From Phycisphaerae bacterium (lineage in GTDB: Bacteria; Planctomycetota; Phycisphaerae; Phycisphaerales; Phycisphaeraceae): a DNA stretch of 64,000 nucleotides. The stretch's first letter is position 1. The number at the start of each line of letters is the position of its first letter. The translations under genes and the position numbers were made by a program. Shown piece by piece: positions 23,015 through 33,091 of the stretch. The stretch is from the NCBI GenBank assembly GCA_030425705.1, contig JAUHZU010000004.1:267132-331131 (forward strand), written 5' to 3'. A model generated the notes under the pieces. It did not search any database, was not told the DNA's origin, and was given only the letters and a program-made list of their open reading frames with translations.

Positions 23015-23848
23015 TCACTCCGGCAGCTTCGTCTCGCCCTCGCGCTCCATGCCGCCGCCGGTGTCGCCGCCCTCGTCGACCTGCTCGGCCAGGCCGATCA
23101 ACTGGTCGAACTCGCTGGTCGCCACGTTCTTCGTCGCGTAGTCCAGGAACTCGGCCTCCTGCACCTTCGTGTCGGTGCCGGCCAGCTCCTTGCTGACCTT
23201 GGCCTTCGCCTTCATCTCCTCGCGAAGCTGGCGCATGTCGCTCAGCTCCTTGCTCGTCCGGTCGGTGCTGATGCCCGCGAGCATGTCGTTGAGCTCGCGT
23301 TCTTCCTTCGCGGTGATGACCTCGGCGACGGTCGTCGCGGCCTCCTCACGCAGCGAATCGATCTCTCGGAGCATCTGCTGGAGCTGGACCTTGTGGCCGG
23401 TGATGTTGCCGTCCATCTCGCGGACCTCGGCCTCCAGCTCGGCGATGCGCGCGGTCTTCTCGTTGACCTTCGCGCTGAAGTCGTTGAAGGCGATCATGCA
23501 CTTCTGGTAGTCCTCGCCCTGCTTGATCTGCTCGACGGTCGCGCCGTTGGCCTTCATCTCCTGCGCGACGGTGCGGGCCTTCGCGGCCGCGCCTTCCTTG
23601 AGCTGCTCCAGCCGGTTCACCTCGTCGGTGAGGGCCTTGATCTTGGACATCTTCGCCTCGTGCTGGACGATGAGGCGGGCGATCGCGTCCTTGTACTGGT
23701 GCACGCTCTTGCGTTTGTCCTCGATGACCGAGTCGAAGGTCGCCTGGATCACGTGCGGGCTGGTGGAGATCGCGCGGCGGGCGGCGTCGATCCGCCCCGT
23801 GAAGAGGTAACCGATCGCACGGAAGTAACGGCCGACGGCTTTGAACAT
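23015..23848 (-). CDS. pspA: PspA/IM30/Vipp1-family protein (bacterial ESCRT-III superfamily)
   Basis: ~277 aa, almost entirely heptad coiled-coil with a PspA-like amphipathic N-terminus (MFKAVGRYFRAIGYLFTGRIDAARRAI...). GGAG RBS upstream. The ORF is open to 23872. Confidence 0.7.
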   Translation of the reverse strand: MFKAVGRYFRAIGYLFTGRIDAARRAISTSPHVIQATFDSVIEDKRKSVHQYKDAIARLIVQHEAKMSKIKALTDEVNRLEQLKEGAAAKARTVAQEMKANGATVEQIKQGEDYQKCMIAFNDFSAKVNEKTARIAELEAEVREMDGNITGHKVQLQQMLREIDSLREEAATTVAEVITAKEERELNDMLAGISTDRTSKELSDMRQLREEMKAKAKVSKELAGTDTKVQEAEFLDYATKNVATSEFDQLIGLAEQVDEGGDTGGGMEREGETKLPE

Positions 23849-23934
23849 GGTGGGCTCCCTGGGGAGGTGCACGGGTGGCGGGTGGGGATTGGCTAGTCGT
23901 GGGTCAACGGCATTCTAGTGGTATCGGCGATCCG

Positions 23935-24933
23935 CTACGGCTCGCGCTGTTTCTCGGGGTCCGCGGACGGGGGGGCGGCGTCCCGGCCGGTGTCGGCCTG
24001 CTGCGCGGCGTAGTGGAGAAACTCCTGCTCGTCGTAGCCGGACTGGTCGACCTTGTCGATCGCGCGCTGGCAGCGTTCGAGCAGGTCGAACACGGCCCGC
24101 TCGAGGTCGGCCGCGCCGCCCGACGTGCCCGCCCCGCCGACGGCCGAGCCGACCTCGCCCTCGAGGCGGGCCTGCTTGGCGAGGGCCTGGTCGGTGGCCT
24201 TCAGGCAGCGGTCGATGATCTCGGGGTAGCTCTGGAGCAGGGCCTGGCGGCGCTGCTGGAGCTGGACGGCGTAGCCCGCCTGGTCGCCGAGCCGGCCGGA
24301 CCACTCCGCGAGCTGGCGTTCGGTGGTGACCAGCTCGAGCACCGAACGCTCCATCAGCCGGTGCGATTCGCGGATCGAGTCGAGCAGCACGCCGGAGAAC
24401 GGCCGGTCGTCGCGCGACAGCTCATCGAGCATGTGCTTCATGTGCGCGAGCATGGACAACGCCTCGCGGACGCTGTGCTGGCGCATGTCGTTGGGCGTGA
24501 GCACGTCGGGCTTGCCGAGCCGCTCGGAGGCCTCTTTGAATGCGCGTTCCATGCGGCGCTGATCGGGCAGCTTGCCGGCATCGACCAGCGCGAGGATACC
24601 GGCCCATACCGCCAGCAGCGCGAAGGGCGCGAGCGCGAGCATCGTCGCAGTGTTCATGCCGGCCTGCGCGACCGAACCGAGCGACTCGATCAGCCCCGAC
24701 AGCGCCCCCGCCGCCCAGCCGCCCGCGGCGAAGAGCCCGGCGGTGACCCAGAACGGCAGGCCGAAGACCGTGAGCTTGCCGACCAGCCGCCACGGCCGGA
24801 GGAACTTGCGCAGTCGGGCGAAGCGTGGCCCGGGCTCGCGCACCTCGTGCAGGGGCGGCGCGGGGGTGGGCGGCGGGATCCGCCGGTCGCCTTGCCGGAG
24901 CAGGTAGGTCAGCTTGGGCTGGTCGGGAGGCAT
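23935..24933 (-). CDS. Membrane protein (2–3 N-terminal TM helices + cytoplasmic helical domain); putative PspA-associated membrane partner
   Basis: TM segments LTVFGLPFWVTAGLFAAGGWAAGALSGL and MLALAPFALLAVWAGILALV, followed by a ~200-aa helical region. Its position is between the giant AAA+ protein and pspA. Confidence 0.5.
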   Translation of the reverse strand: MPPDQPKLTYLLRQGDRRIPPPTPAPPLHEVREPGPRFARLRKFLRPWRLVGKLTVFGLPFWVTAGLFAAGGWAAGALSGLIESLGSVAQAGMNTATMLALAPFALLAVWAGILALVDAGKLPDQRRMERAFKEASERLGKPDVLTPNDMRQHSVREALSMLAHMKHMLDELSRDDRPFSGVLLDSIRESHRLMERSVLELVTTERQLAEWSGRLGDQAGYAVQLQQRRQALLQSYPEIIDRCLKATDQALAKQARLEGEVGSAVGGAGTSGGAADLERAVFDLLERCQRAIDKVDQSGYDEQEFLHYAAQQADTGRDAAPPSADPEKQREP

Positions 24934-24989
24934 CGGGCTCCATTGTCGGGCGCGGCCGGCCCCACGCCAAGCGCGGGCCGGGCGGCCGG

Positions 24990-27900
24990 TCAGGCATCGA
25001 CCTCGTCGTCATCGACGATCTCGGCCTCGGACCCCCCGGCCGGGCCGTGCTGTTCGAGCCGGTCGATCATGGTGTCGTACTTCTCGAGGATCGTCTCGAC
25101 CTTGGTGTGCAGGGACTTGAGCTGGTCGTCCTGGTCGGCGGTGATTCGGGTGAGCGGTTCGAGCCAGCCCTTCATGAGGTTGAACTGCTCCTTCATCACA
25201 TAGAGGAAGGTCGCGGGGATCTTGTTGACGACGCGGATCTCCTGGGAGACCGGCGCGGGCGCAGATGGATCATCGGCTAGCCGCCGCGTCACACGCGGCG
25301 GGGCGCTGTCGGCGGGCATCTCCATCTCTTCGCTGCGCTCGGGAGCCGGCTTGGTTTGCGTCGGCGTGACCGCCGCAACACCAGCCGGGAGCTTGCCAAG
25401 CTGGTCGACCAGGGCGTGGATCGCGTCGAGCGTGGCAGGGTCGAGCCGGGCTTCGACCGGGGCCGGTGGATCGCTCTTCTTCGCGGCGGGTTTGGCTTTC
25501 GCGGGTTTCGCGGCCTTGGCGAGTTGGGACGCGCCGTGGTCGAGCGCCTCGCGGATCGCGTCCAGCCGGTCGCCCAGCGTGCCGACCTGCGCGAGGACGG
25601 GGCCGAGCTGCTCGCTGAGGTCGGGCTTGTCGTTGCCCTCGGTCTCGGCCTGGCCGTTGCGCTCCTGCTGCGCGGCGCGCTGCGCTTCGGCGAGCTGACC
25701 GATCGCGCCGCCGATCGACTCGCGCATCGCGCCGAGCCCCTGGTTGAACCCGGCGAGCTGGCTGACCACCGCCGCGGCTGTGTCGCCCCCCATCGCCGCG
25801 ACCGCGTTGTTGCGAACGAACGCCTCCTTGATCGCGGACCAGCGCGCCTCCTCCTCCGGCGTGATGATCCCGATCATCTGCTTGAACTTCAGCAGGTTCG
25901 CCTCGGCCCCGGTGGTCAGGGTCTGCGCGTCCTGCTCGTAGGTCGCGACGACCAGCTCCATCAGCTCGGCGTCGTTCATCACCGGCACGATCTTCTCGGC
26001 GATGCGGTTCATGTTCCGGTACGAGCCCTGGAGCTGGAACGGCGGCTCGGTGCGGTACGCGTCCTCCTGCCCGGCCGAGGCGATGTACTGCAGGTTCACC
26101 TTCAGGATCACGTCGCGCACGGCCATGAGCTTGCGCATGACCGCCGACATCTCCTCGACCTCCTGGGCGCTGTAGCTACCCTCGAAGTCGATGCCCTCCC
26201 GGCTGCCGGTCTCGGCGATCTGGATGACGCCGTAGACGTCCTTCTGGCTGCGGGCCGCGAGCGCGTTGAGCGTCGGGTTGCTGGTGAGGCAGTTCTCCAG
26301 GTAGGACATCTTGAACGCGTCGCCGTGCTCGCCGATGATGTCGCCGAGGTTGTAGGTGTCGGCCCGGTTGGCGAGCATGTCGGGGATCTGGAACTTCTCG
26401 CCCGACTCGGTGTACGGGTTGCCGGCCATGACCACGGCGAACTTGCGCCCGCGCAGGTCGTAGGTGCGCGGGCGGCCCTTGTACACGCCTTCGATCCGCC
26501 GCTGCCCGTCGCACAGCGAGATGAACTTCTGCAGCAGCTCGGGGTGGGTGTGCTGGATGTCGTCGAGGTAGAGCAGGACGTTGTCGCCCATCTCAAACGC
26601 GAGGTTGAGCTTCTCGACCTCCTCACGGGCGGAGGCGTTGGGGGCCTCGTCCGGGTCGAGCGAGGTGACGCCGTGCCCGATCGCCGGGCCGTTGATCTTC
26701 ATGAAGACGATGCCCAGTCGGTTGGCGATGTACTCCATGAGCGTGGTCTTGCCGTAGCCCGGCGGGGAGATCAGCAGGAGCAGGCCCATGCGGTCGGTGC
26801 GCTTGCTCTCGCCGGTCGTGCCGATCTGCTTGGCGAGGTTGTCGCCGATGAGCGGGAGGAAGACCGAGTCGATCAGCTTGTTGCGGACGAAGCTGGTGAG
26901 CACCTTGGGCTCGAACTCTTCGAGGCGCATCTCTTCGCGCGCATCCTCAACAAAGCGGCGCTTCATCTCGGTGTACCGCGTAAAGCGCGGGACATCATCG
27001 TCGGCGAAGCGCGACAGTCGGGCGAGGAAGCGGTTGAAGTGCAGGTCGAGCGTGCCGTCGCGGAGGGCCGGATGGCTGCCGATAAGGCCGGTGACCTGCT
27101 CGCGGACCGGCAGGTCCACGGTGCGGGCGGTCTCGTGGTCGGGGTCGAGGAGCACGGCCGCGGCCTCGTCGAGCACGGCGGCGCTGTCGGCGAGGCCGGC
27201 CGGGGCCTGGTCGCTGCCGAGGTAGGCCGAGAGCCAGTCACGGATCAGCGCGAACTGGTCGGGCCGGCGGCCGTCGAGCGCCTCGATGCTCTGGCTGAAC
27301 TTGCGTGCGGCGCGGTGCTGCTTGAGGTGGTCCCGGAACGCGGCGACGAGGGCGGCGGCCTCGGGGCCGATGACGAAGCGTTCGCCACGCATGAGCTGCT
27401 GGCAGAGGTACGCCCCGGCCGGCTCGGCGAGGCCGGGGTCCAGCGCGTCGTGCTGCTCGGCAAAGGCGCGGAGCAGCGCGGCGGCGCGCTGCGCGTAGAG
27501 CTGCTGCTTGGCGGCATCAGGGAACAGCGCGTGGACCTGGCCGAACCCCGCGAGCTGGTTCGCCAGGCGGTGCGCCGCCGCGTGGGCGGGGTCGCGGTCG
27601 TCCGCGTCGGCCGCGGGCGCGGGGACGCCGTGCCAGTAGAGCGACGCGAGGGCGCGGGCGTCGCTCGGGTAGCGGAGCAGGTCGATCCGGCTGCCGATTG
27701 ATGCGAGGGCGCGGAGGACCTTGGCGGCGTCGACATCGTGCACGCCCTTGGTGTAGCCCTCGCTGTAGCGCGGGGCCATGAACCTCTGGACCAGCGCGAG
27801 CAGCGCCCCGTCATCGAGCGCGGCAAGCTCGGCCAGCGGCGGGATGCGGTCGTGATCTGCCTGGGGTTCGATATCGCCAGTTTCAGCCGCGGCTTCATCC

Positions 27901-30797
27901 GCAGATCCGCCTTGCGGCTCACCCGCGGCTTGGGGCAGGCGTGCAGCCACTGCCCGCGCGTGCAGTGCTTCGTTATAGATCAGGTACGCGAGGTACTCGG
28001 CGCGGTAGACGTGATCGTTTTCGGAGACGACTTCCTGGTCCCAGACGGGCCGGGTCGCGTTGAAGGCCGGGTCGTCGATGGGCTCGAAGAACCGCGTGCC
28101 CGCGAGGTGCAGCTGCATCGCGTCATCGCGCAGCACGGTCGTCAGGTCGATGTCCTGCGTGTTGATCGAGAACTTGTGCCGGCCGAAGCGGATGACGTTG
28201 CCGCCCTCCTGCAGCTCCTGCCGGTCCTTGAGCTGGCGGACCGCGTCTTCGCGGATCGTCTTGAGGCGGGACTGGATGTCGTCGACGCGGACGGTATCGT
28301 CGAGCCCGGCCAGCTCATCCACGATGTCGCGGACCTTGTCGATCATCAGGTCCGCGGCGAAGTAGCCGTGGATGGCGTTGATGTCCGTCATCTGCTCGAC
28401 ACGCGACTGCACTCCGCCGAGGATGCGGTCGGCCGCCTGCGCGAGCGCGTTGGCCCGCTTGTTGCGCTTCTCGATGAGCTGGAGCTTGCGGTTCTCAAAC
28501 GCGTTGTAGACCTCGTCGCGCTTCTCGGTCAGCTGCAGGACAAACTCATCAAACTCCGCGAACCGGCCCTCCAGCTCCTCGACCTGCACCATGACCTTCG
28601 TCAGGTACTGCTCGGTCTTCTCGGGCGTGTCGCTGAGGTCCAGGTAGTTCACGACCGACTGGTTCAGCAGCTTCAGCTGGCTGTTGAACTCGGCGACACC
28701 CTCGGTCCGGCCGAGCTGCTGGATGCGGTTCTTCAGCTTGGTGCGCGAGGCGTTGAGCCCGGCGAACACGGCCGAGATCGAGTCGATGATCGCGGTCCGC
28801 TGCGTCGCGTCGTCGATCTTCAGGTTGCCGACGATGTCGATGAGCATCTCCAGCTCGCCGGCCGTCTTGAGGATGTCGTCCTCGAGCGCCTTCGCCTCGG
28901 TGACCTTGGCGACCTGCTCGATCTGCCCCTCGTGCTGATCGGCGGACTCGATGTAGGGGACAAGCGCCTCGTCCTGAAGCAGGTACTCGGCCGTACGCTG
29001 GCTTAGCGCATCGGTCTGCTCGGTGATCCGCTGCTCCAGCTCATCGATGCGCGGCAGGTCGGCGTAGCGCAGTTCCTTGAGCGCGATGACCTTGCCGCGG
29101 ACCGCACGCAGCCCGCCGAGCGATTCGACATACACGTTGATCGAGTCGTAGATCTTCGAGGCGTTGCGGTTGACCAGGTCCTCGGCCTCCTGCGCGACAT
29201 CGTTGGTCTGCTTCGCGGTGGCCTTGCGGACACGGGTGACTTTCTCGAATTCGCCGACCGCGGCCTGCGCCGCGTCGCGGATCGCGCGGATCGTGTCCGC
29301 CAGCCCGTGGCACGCCGAGTCGCCCAGCCAGAAGTAGCTGTCCAGCAGCCCCTCGGCGGTCCGCACGATGTCGAGGTAGAGCTCGGCGTAGGGGTCGTCG
29401 CGCCCGATGAGCCCGAGCACCTCGACGCACTCGGCCATGCCGCGGACGATGTCGCGGTTGCCGATCTTGTAGAGGTGGCTGTCGCTGCGTGTCGGCGGCT
29501 CGTAGTTGGGCCCGACGATCGGGGTCCGCCAGACCTGGACGGCGTGGTGCTTCTGCGGCTCCTCCCCCGCGCGGAAATAGGCCATCGTGCCGTCGGCGAA
29601 GAAGGCGTAGCCGTTGCACACCGTCGGGGTCTCGACGGTCTGCGCGATGAGGTTATACGCCATCAGCGCGTACGCGCCGGTGTCGCGGTTGTAGAAGATG
29701 TAGAGGTAGTCCTCGCCGTTGGGCGCGGGGATGCGCCGCTCGAAGACCATGTTGGCGGGCACGGCCGGGAACGTCTGCAGCTCGCCGGACGCCAGGTAGT
29801 ACCCGTCGCTGAACATGAGGCCGTGGTCGTCGGGCAGCAGGACGCACGCGTGCCCGATCGTGTCGCAGCGGTGGACCTCCTGCAGCTTCGTGTTGAAGAT
29901 GAAGTAGCGGTAGGCGCGTTCCTGGTACGGCCGGATGCGCAGCAGGATCAGGTGGCCTTCGATGACGTATTCGTACTCGGCGTCGTCGAGCGTCTGGTCC
30001 GGGTCCTCGACGGGTTCGGAGTAGATGCCCTGGCCGGACTCGGTGTTGTCCTCAACCTTGATGGTGAGGTCGCCGCCGATGGTCTCGATAAAGACCTCGT
30101 CGTTGATGGAGACGTGCGGGTGCTTGCCGGGGCGCTGCTCGTCACGGCCGGCACGGGTCCAGGTAAAATCGTGCTGGGTGGGGTAGCGGACCTCGTGGTC
30201 GGAGCGGTTGTCGATGTACTGCAGCACGGCGTTGCCGTCCGCGTCCGTGGTGTAGGCCCACTTGAAGGCCTTGAAGTCGTTGACGTCCTGCCCGACACGG
30301 AACTTCATGTACAGGTGCGGGCCCTTGCGGAAGAGCTTGGCGAAAACCGTCTTCTTGTAGAAGCGGTAGAGGTCCTGGAAGTCCTTGCGGAACGCCGCGT
30401 CTTCGATCAGGTCCAGCGGCTCGGCCTCGAACCTGCCCTCTGCAAAGCGGTAGACGGCGAAGACGTCGCTCAGGTCGATCTCGGTCTTGAGCCCGAACTG
30501 CACGTTGTAGCCGACGAGGATGCGGTCGCCCACGGCCGCCATGTCGCGTGGCACGCAGTTGTGGTCGGTGGTCAGCCGGTCGGTGCCGGTGAGCTCGAAC
30601 TCGATGGAACCGAAGACCTGCTTGCGTTCTTCGTTGAGCTGGTCGAGCTGCTTGCGGAGGGTCTTGCCCTGGTCGCGCAGGCGGTTGCGGATGATGTCGT
30701 AGGTGCCCTGGTCGAGCTGCTCCCCCGCGGGGTGGCCCCCGGAGGATTGCGCCTTTGCTCCATCTGCTGGCTGGGTTGTGTCGTTCGTTTCGGCCAT
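24990..30797 (-). CDS. Giant (1935 aa) multidomain AAA+ (AAA_5/MoxR-dynein-like) ATPase with β-rich N-terminal region and long coiled-coil
   Basis: Mid-protein Walker A LLLISPPGYGKTTLMEY, Walker B VLLYLDDIQ, sensor-like AVVMAGNPY; a ~300-aa heptad coiled-coil (residues ~520–860); N-terminal ~500 aa rich in aromatic β-strand patterns. It is an unbroken ORF with strong codon bias. Confidence 0.75.
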   Translation of the reverse strand: MAETNDTTQPADGAKAQSSGGHPAGEQLDQGTYDIIRNRLRDQGKTLRKQLDQLNEERKQVFGSIEFELTGTDRLTTDHNCVPRDMAAVGDRILVGYNVQFGLKTEIDLSDVFAVYRFAEGRFEAEPLDLIEDAAFRKDFQDLYRFYKKTVFAKLFRKGPHLYMKFRVGQDVNDFKAFKWAYTTDADGNAVLQYIDNRSDHEVRYPTQHDFTWTRAGRDEQRPGKHPHVSINDEVFIETIGGDLTIKVEDNTESGQGIYSEPVEDPDQTLDDAEYEYVIEGHLILLRIRPYQERAYRYFIFNTKLQEVHRCDTIGHACVLLPDDHGLMFSDGYYLASGELQTFPAVPANMVFERRIPAPNGEDYLYIFYNRDTGAYALMAYNLIAQTVETPTVCNGYAFFADGTMAYFRAGEEPQKHHAVQVWRTPIVGPNYEPPTRSDSHLYKIGNRDIVRGMAECVEVLGLIGRDDPYAELYLDIVRTAEGLLDSYFWLGDSACHGLADTIRAIRDAAQAAVGEFEKVTRVRKATAKQTNDVAQEAEDLVNRNASKIYDSINVYVESLGGLRAVRGKVIALKELRYADLPRIDELEQRITEQTDALSQRTAEYLLQDEALVPYIESADQHEGQIEQVAKVTEAKALEDDILKTAGELEMLIDIVGNLKIDDATQRTAIIDSISAVFAGLNASRTKLKNRIQQLGRTEGVAEFNSQLKLLNQSVVNYLDLSDTPEKTEQYLTKVMVQVEELEGRFAEFDEFVLQLTEKRDEVYNAFENRKLQLIEKRNKRANALAQAADRILGGVQSRVEQMTDINAIHGYFAADLMIDKVRDIVDELAGLDDTVRVDDIQSRLKTIREDAVRQLKDRQELQEGGNVIRFGRHKFSINTQDIDLTTVLRDDAMQLHLAGTRFFEPIDDPAFNATRPVWDQEVVSENDHVYRAEYLAYLIYNEALHARAVAARLPQAAGEPQGGSADEAAAETGDIEPQADHDRIPPLAELAALDDGALLALVQRFMAPRYSEGYTKGVHDVDAAKVLRALASIGSRIDLLRYPSDARALASLYWHGVPAPAADADDRDPAHAAAHRLANQLAGFGQVHALFPDAAKQQLYAQRAAALLRAFAEQHDALDPGLAEPAGAYLCQQLMRGERFVIGPEAAALVAAFRDHLKQHRAARKFSQSIEALDGRRPDQFALIRDWLSAYLGSDQAPAGLADSAAVLDEAAAVLLDPDHETARTVDLPVREQVTGLIGSHPALRDGTLDLHFNRFLARLSRFADDDVPRFTRYTEMKRRFVEDAREEMRLEEFEPKVLTSFVRNKLIDSVFLPLIGDNLAKQIGTTGESKRTDRMGLLLLISPPGYGKTTLMEYIANRLGIVFMKINGPAIGHGVTSLDPDEAPNASAREEVEKLNLAFEMGDNVLLYLDDIQHTHPELLQKFISLCDGQRRIEGVYKGRPRTYDLRGRKFAVVMAGNPYTESGEKFQIPDMLANRADTYNLGDIIGEHGDAFKMSYLENCLTSNPTLNALAARSQKDVYGVIQIAETGSREGIDFEGSYSAQEVEEMSAVMRKLMAVRDVILKVNLQYIASAGQEDAYRTEPPFQLQGSYRNMNRIAEKIVPVMNDAELMELVVATYEQDAQTLTTGAEANLLKFKQMIGIITPEEEARWSAIKEAFVRNNAVAAMGGDTAAAVVSQLAGFNQGLGAMRESIGGAIGQLAEAQRAAQQERNGQAETEGNDKPDLSEQLGPVLAQVGTLGDRLDAIREALDHGASQLAKAAKPAKAKPAAKKSDPPAPVEARLDPATLDAIHALVDQLGKLPAGVAAVTPTQTKPAPERSEEMEMPADSAPPRVTRRLADDPSAPAPVSQEIRVVNKIPATFLYVMKEQFNLMKGWLEPLTRITADQDDQLKSLHTKVETILEKYDTMIDRLEQHGPAGGSEAEIVDDDEVDA

Positions 30798-30925
30798 ACA
30801 TCAAGCTCAGACAAATGCATCACGGAGGACACGGAGACACCGAGTGCGCGGAGGGGCCGTCGGGCCGGACGGCACGCGCCACTGTGGCCCCCGTGCCTCC
30901 GCGCCCCCTGTGACCGATCACCGCC

Positions 30926-33076
30926 CTACTTCTTCTTGCCGTCCAGCAGCCCGAGCGCCCCGACGGTCTGGTCGGCGACGCCGGCCTGCTTGGCGAGGCC
31001 CAGGAGGTGCTTGAGCTCGCTGGTCAGGTCGCCGTCGTCGCTCTTGGCCAGCAGCTTGGCGATCAACGCGGCGACGGAAAGGTTCTTTGCGTCCTCGCTC
31101 TTGATGCCGAACCGCCCGACGAGCTGCTGCACCTTCCGCTCGAAGTACTCGCCGTCGCCGTTGAAGAACGTGTTCTTGACGTCGGTGAGGGTCTGGGAGC
31201 TGCCGACCATGCGGTCGACACGCTTGCCCTGGGTGATGGAGTTCAGCAGGGTGTCGAAGATCTGCGTCTCGCCGCCGATGATGTCGATGTGGGCGGACTT
31301 GAGCGCCTCGCCCAGGATCTTCGCCTGGTCGGAGACGATGTCGCGCCGAATCTCGATCTCGGCCAGCTCGACCTTGAGGTCCTTCTCGAGCTGGAGCTTG
31401 TACTCCTCGTGCTCCTTGCCGACGCCGTCGAGCTTCTGCATCGCCTCGGCCTTCGCGGCGACGCCCTCGGCCTCGGCGGCGTACTTCTTCTGCATGCCCT
31501 CGGCCTGCGCGTCGTAGCCGGCCCGCTCGGCCTCGGCCTTCGCGAGGCCCTGGGCCTTGACGGCCTCGGCCTTGGCCAGCTCGCCGGCCGCCTCGGCCTC
31601 CGCCTTCTTCTGCACCACGTCCGCCTCGGCGCTGCCGTACTTCTGCACCGCGCCCGCCTTCGCGTCCATCACCTCCGCCTCGGCCAGGCCGATCGCCGCG
31701 TGCTCCGCCTGCGTCGCCTCCGCCAGCTTCATCTTCGCCTGCGCCTCCTTCTCCGCCGCGGCACGCTTCGCCTCGGCCTCGATCAGGATCTCGTTCGCCT
31801 CGAACTCGCTCGCCAGCTTGCTCGCCTCGGCCTTCTTCACTTCCTTGACCTTGTCTTCCTCGGCCTGGGCCTCCGCGGCGGTCACCTGCACCTGCTTCGC
31901 ACGCTTCGCCGTCGCGATCTCGTGCGTGTCCTTGATCTTCTCTTCTTCCTCCACCACCGCACGCTCCACGACCACACGCTCGCGGATCACGTCCTGGATC
32001 TTCTTCTTCTCGACCTCGACGGCCTTGTCCTTCTCGATCTGAGCCAGCGTCACCAGCCGCTCGCGCTCGGTCGCCTCGAGCTGCTGCTCACGCATCACAC
32101 GCTCGGTCTCGACCTTGTCCGCACGCTCGCGGTTCTTCGCCGCGATGATGATCTGACGCTGCTTGTTCTCCTCGGCAACACCCAGCTCCTCCTCCGTCGC
32201 GATGCGGGCCTTCTCCGACTTGTACCGCTCTTCTTCCTCGACCTTCTTCGCCTCGGCTTGCTCGCGGGCACGGACCGAGTCGATCTCGCGCTGCTGCTTC
32301 GCCTCGGCCTCGGCCTGCTGGCGGTCCAGCTCGAGGATCGCCTCGCGCGCCTCGACGTCCTGCTTGCGGATCGTCTTCTCCTTCTCCCGTGCGATGTCGT
32401 TGGCACGCACCGCCTCGGCGGCCGTCAGATCTGTGATCTTCTTAATGCCCTCGGCGTCGAGGATGTTGTTCGGGTCGAGCTGGTTGAGGTCGGTCTGCTC
32501 GAGGTAATCGATCGCCGCGTCGTCGAGTACGTAGCCATTCAGGTCCGTGCCGATGTGGGCGACGATCTCGTCCTTGAACTTGTCACGTTCCGTATACAGA
32601 TCGGTGAAGTCGAACTTCTTACCAACTGTTTTAAGGGCCTCAGAGAACTTCGCGTCGAACAACTCGATCAACGCATCGATATCCGATGCGCGGCGAACAC
32701 CGATGGAGTCGGCGACCTGTAGGACGTCTTTCTCGACGTTATTGACCCGGATAAAGAAGGCGACCTTGATATCCGCCCGGACGTTGTCCTGGCAGATCAG
32801 CCCCTCGCTGCCGTGGCGGTAGATCTCGATCCGGCGGACGGAGATGTCCATGATGTCCACGCGGTGGACGACGGGGAAGACCTTCGTGCCGTTGAACGAG
32901 ACGCTGGGGCCGCCCCACCCGCGACGGACCAGCGCCGTGCCGGGCTCGACCTTGCGGTAGAGCGCCGCGGCGACCATCACCGCACATAGCGCGACGAAGA
33001 AGAGGAAGATCACAATGGCGGTAACGGGCAAGACCCAGCTCGCCAGCGCGACGGTGTTGATGGCCTGTATCTGCAT
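30926..33076 (-). CDS. Flotillin-like SPFH/Band-7 protein (FloT/YqiK type) with long E/A/K-rich coiled-coil
   Basis: N-terminal TM hairpin, SPFH domain (VFPVVHRVDIMDISVRRIEIYRHGSEGLICQDNVRADIKVAFFIRV), then ~350 aa of EA-rich repeats. Confidence 0.85.
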   Translation of the reverse strand: MQIQAINTVALASWVLPVTAIVIFLFFVALCAVMVAAALYRKVEPGTALVRRGWGGPSVSFNGTKVFPVVHRVDIMDISVRRIEIYRHGSEGLICQDNVRADIKVAFFIRVNNVEKDVLQVADSIGVRRASDIDALIELFDAKFSEALKTVGKKFDFTDLYTERDKFKDEIVAHIGTDLNGYVLDDAAIDYLEQTDLNQLDPNNILDAEGIKKITDLTAAEAVRANDIAREKEKTIRKQDVEAREAILELDRQQAEAEAKQQREIDSVRAREQAEAKKVEEEERYKSEKARIATEEELGVAEENKQRQIIIAAKNRERADKVETERVMREQQLEATERERLVTLAQIEKDKAVEVEKKKIQDVIRERVVVERAVVEEEEKIKDTHEIATAKRAKQVQVTAAEAQAEEDKVKEVKKAEASKLASEFEANEILIEAEAKRAAAEKEAQAKMKLAEATQAEHAAIGLAEAEVMDAKAGAVQKYGSAEADVVQKKAEAEAAGELAKAEAVKAQGLAKAEAERAGYDAQAEGMQKKYAAEAEGVAAKAEAMQKLDGVGKEHEEYKLQLEKDLKVELAEIEIRRDIVSDQAKILGEALKSAHIDIIGGETQIFDTLLNSITQGKRVDRMVGSSQTLTDVKNTFFNGDGEYFERKVQQLVGRFGIKSEDAKNLSVAALIAKLLAKSDDGDLTSELKHLLGLAKQAGVADQTVGALGLLDGKKK

Positions 33077-33091
33077 CGGTCTACTCCTTGG

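Noticed and set aside
25356-27701. 781-aa plus-strand ORF inside the giant AAA+ gene
   Set aside because: It is antisense to an unbroken 1935-aa ORF with Walker motifs and coiled-coil periodicity, and its translation is junk-like.
24990-30797. Giant protein as an SMC/RecN/SbcC-type DNA repair ATPase
   Set aside because: The Walker A is ~1340 residues from the N-terminus and is of the AAA+ (GYGKTT + downstream LDD…NP) type, not an N-terminal ABC-type P-loop with a C-terminal signature motif. The coiled-coil is not inserted between Walker A and B.
29307-32722. Plus-strand ORFs of 736 aa and 571 aa opposite the giant AAA+ and flotillin genes
   Set aside because: The antisense shadow of the EA-rich flotillin repeats produces a long LR/GL-rich frame and is not coding.
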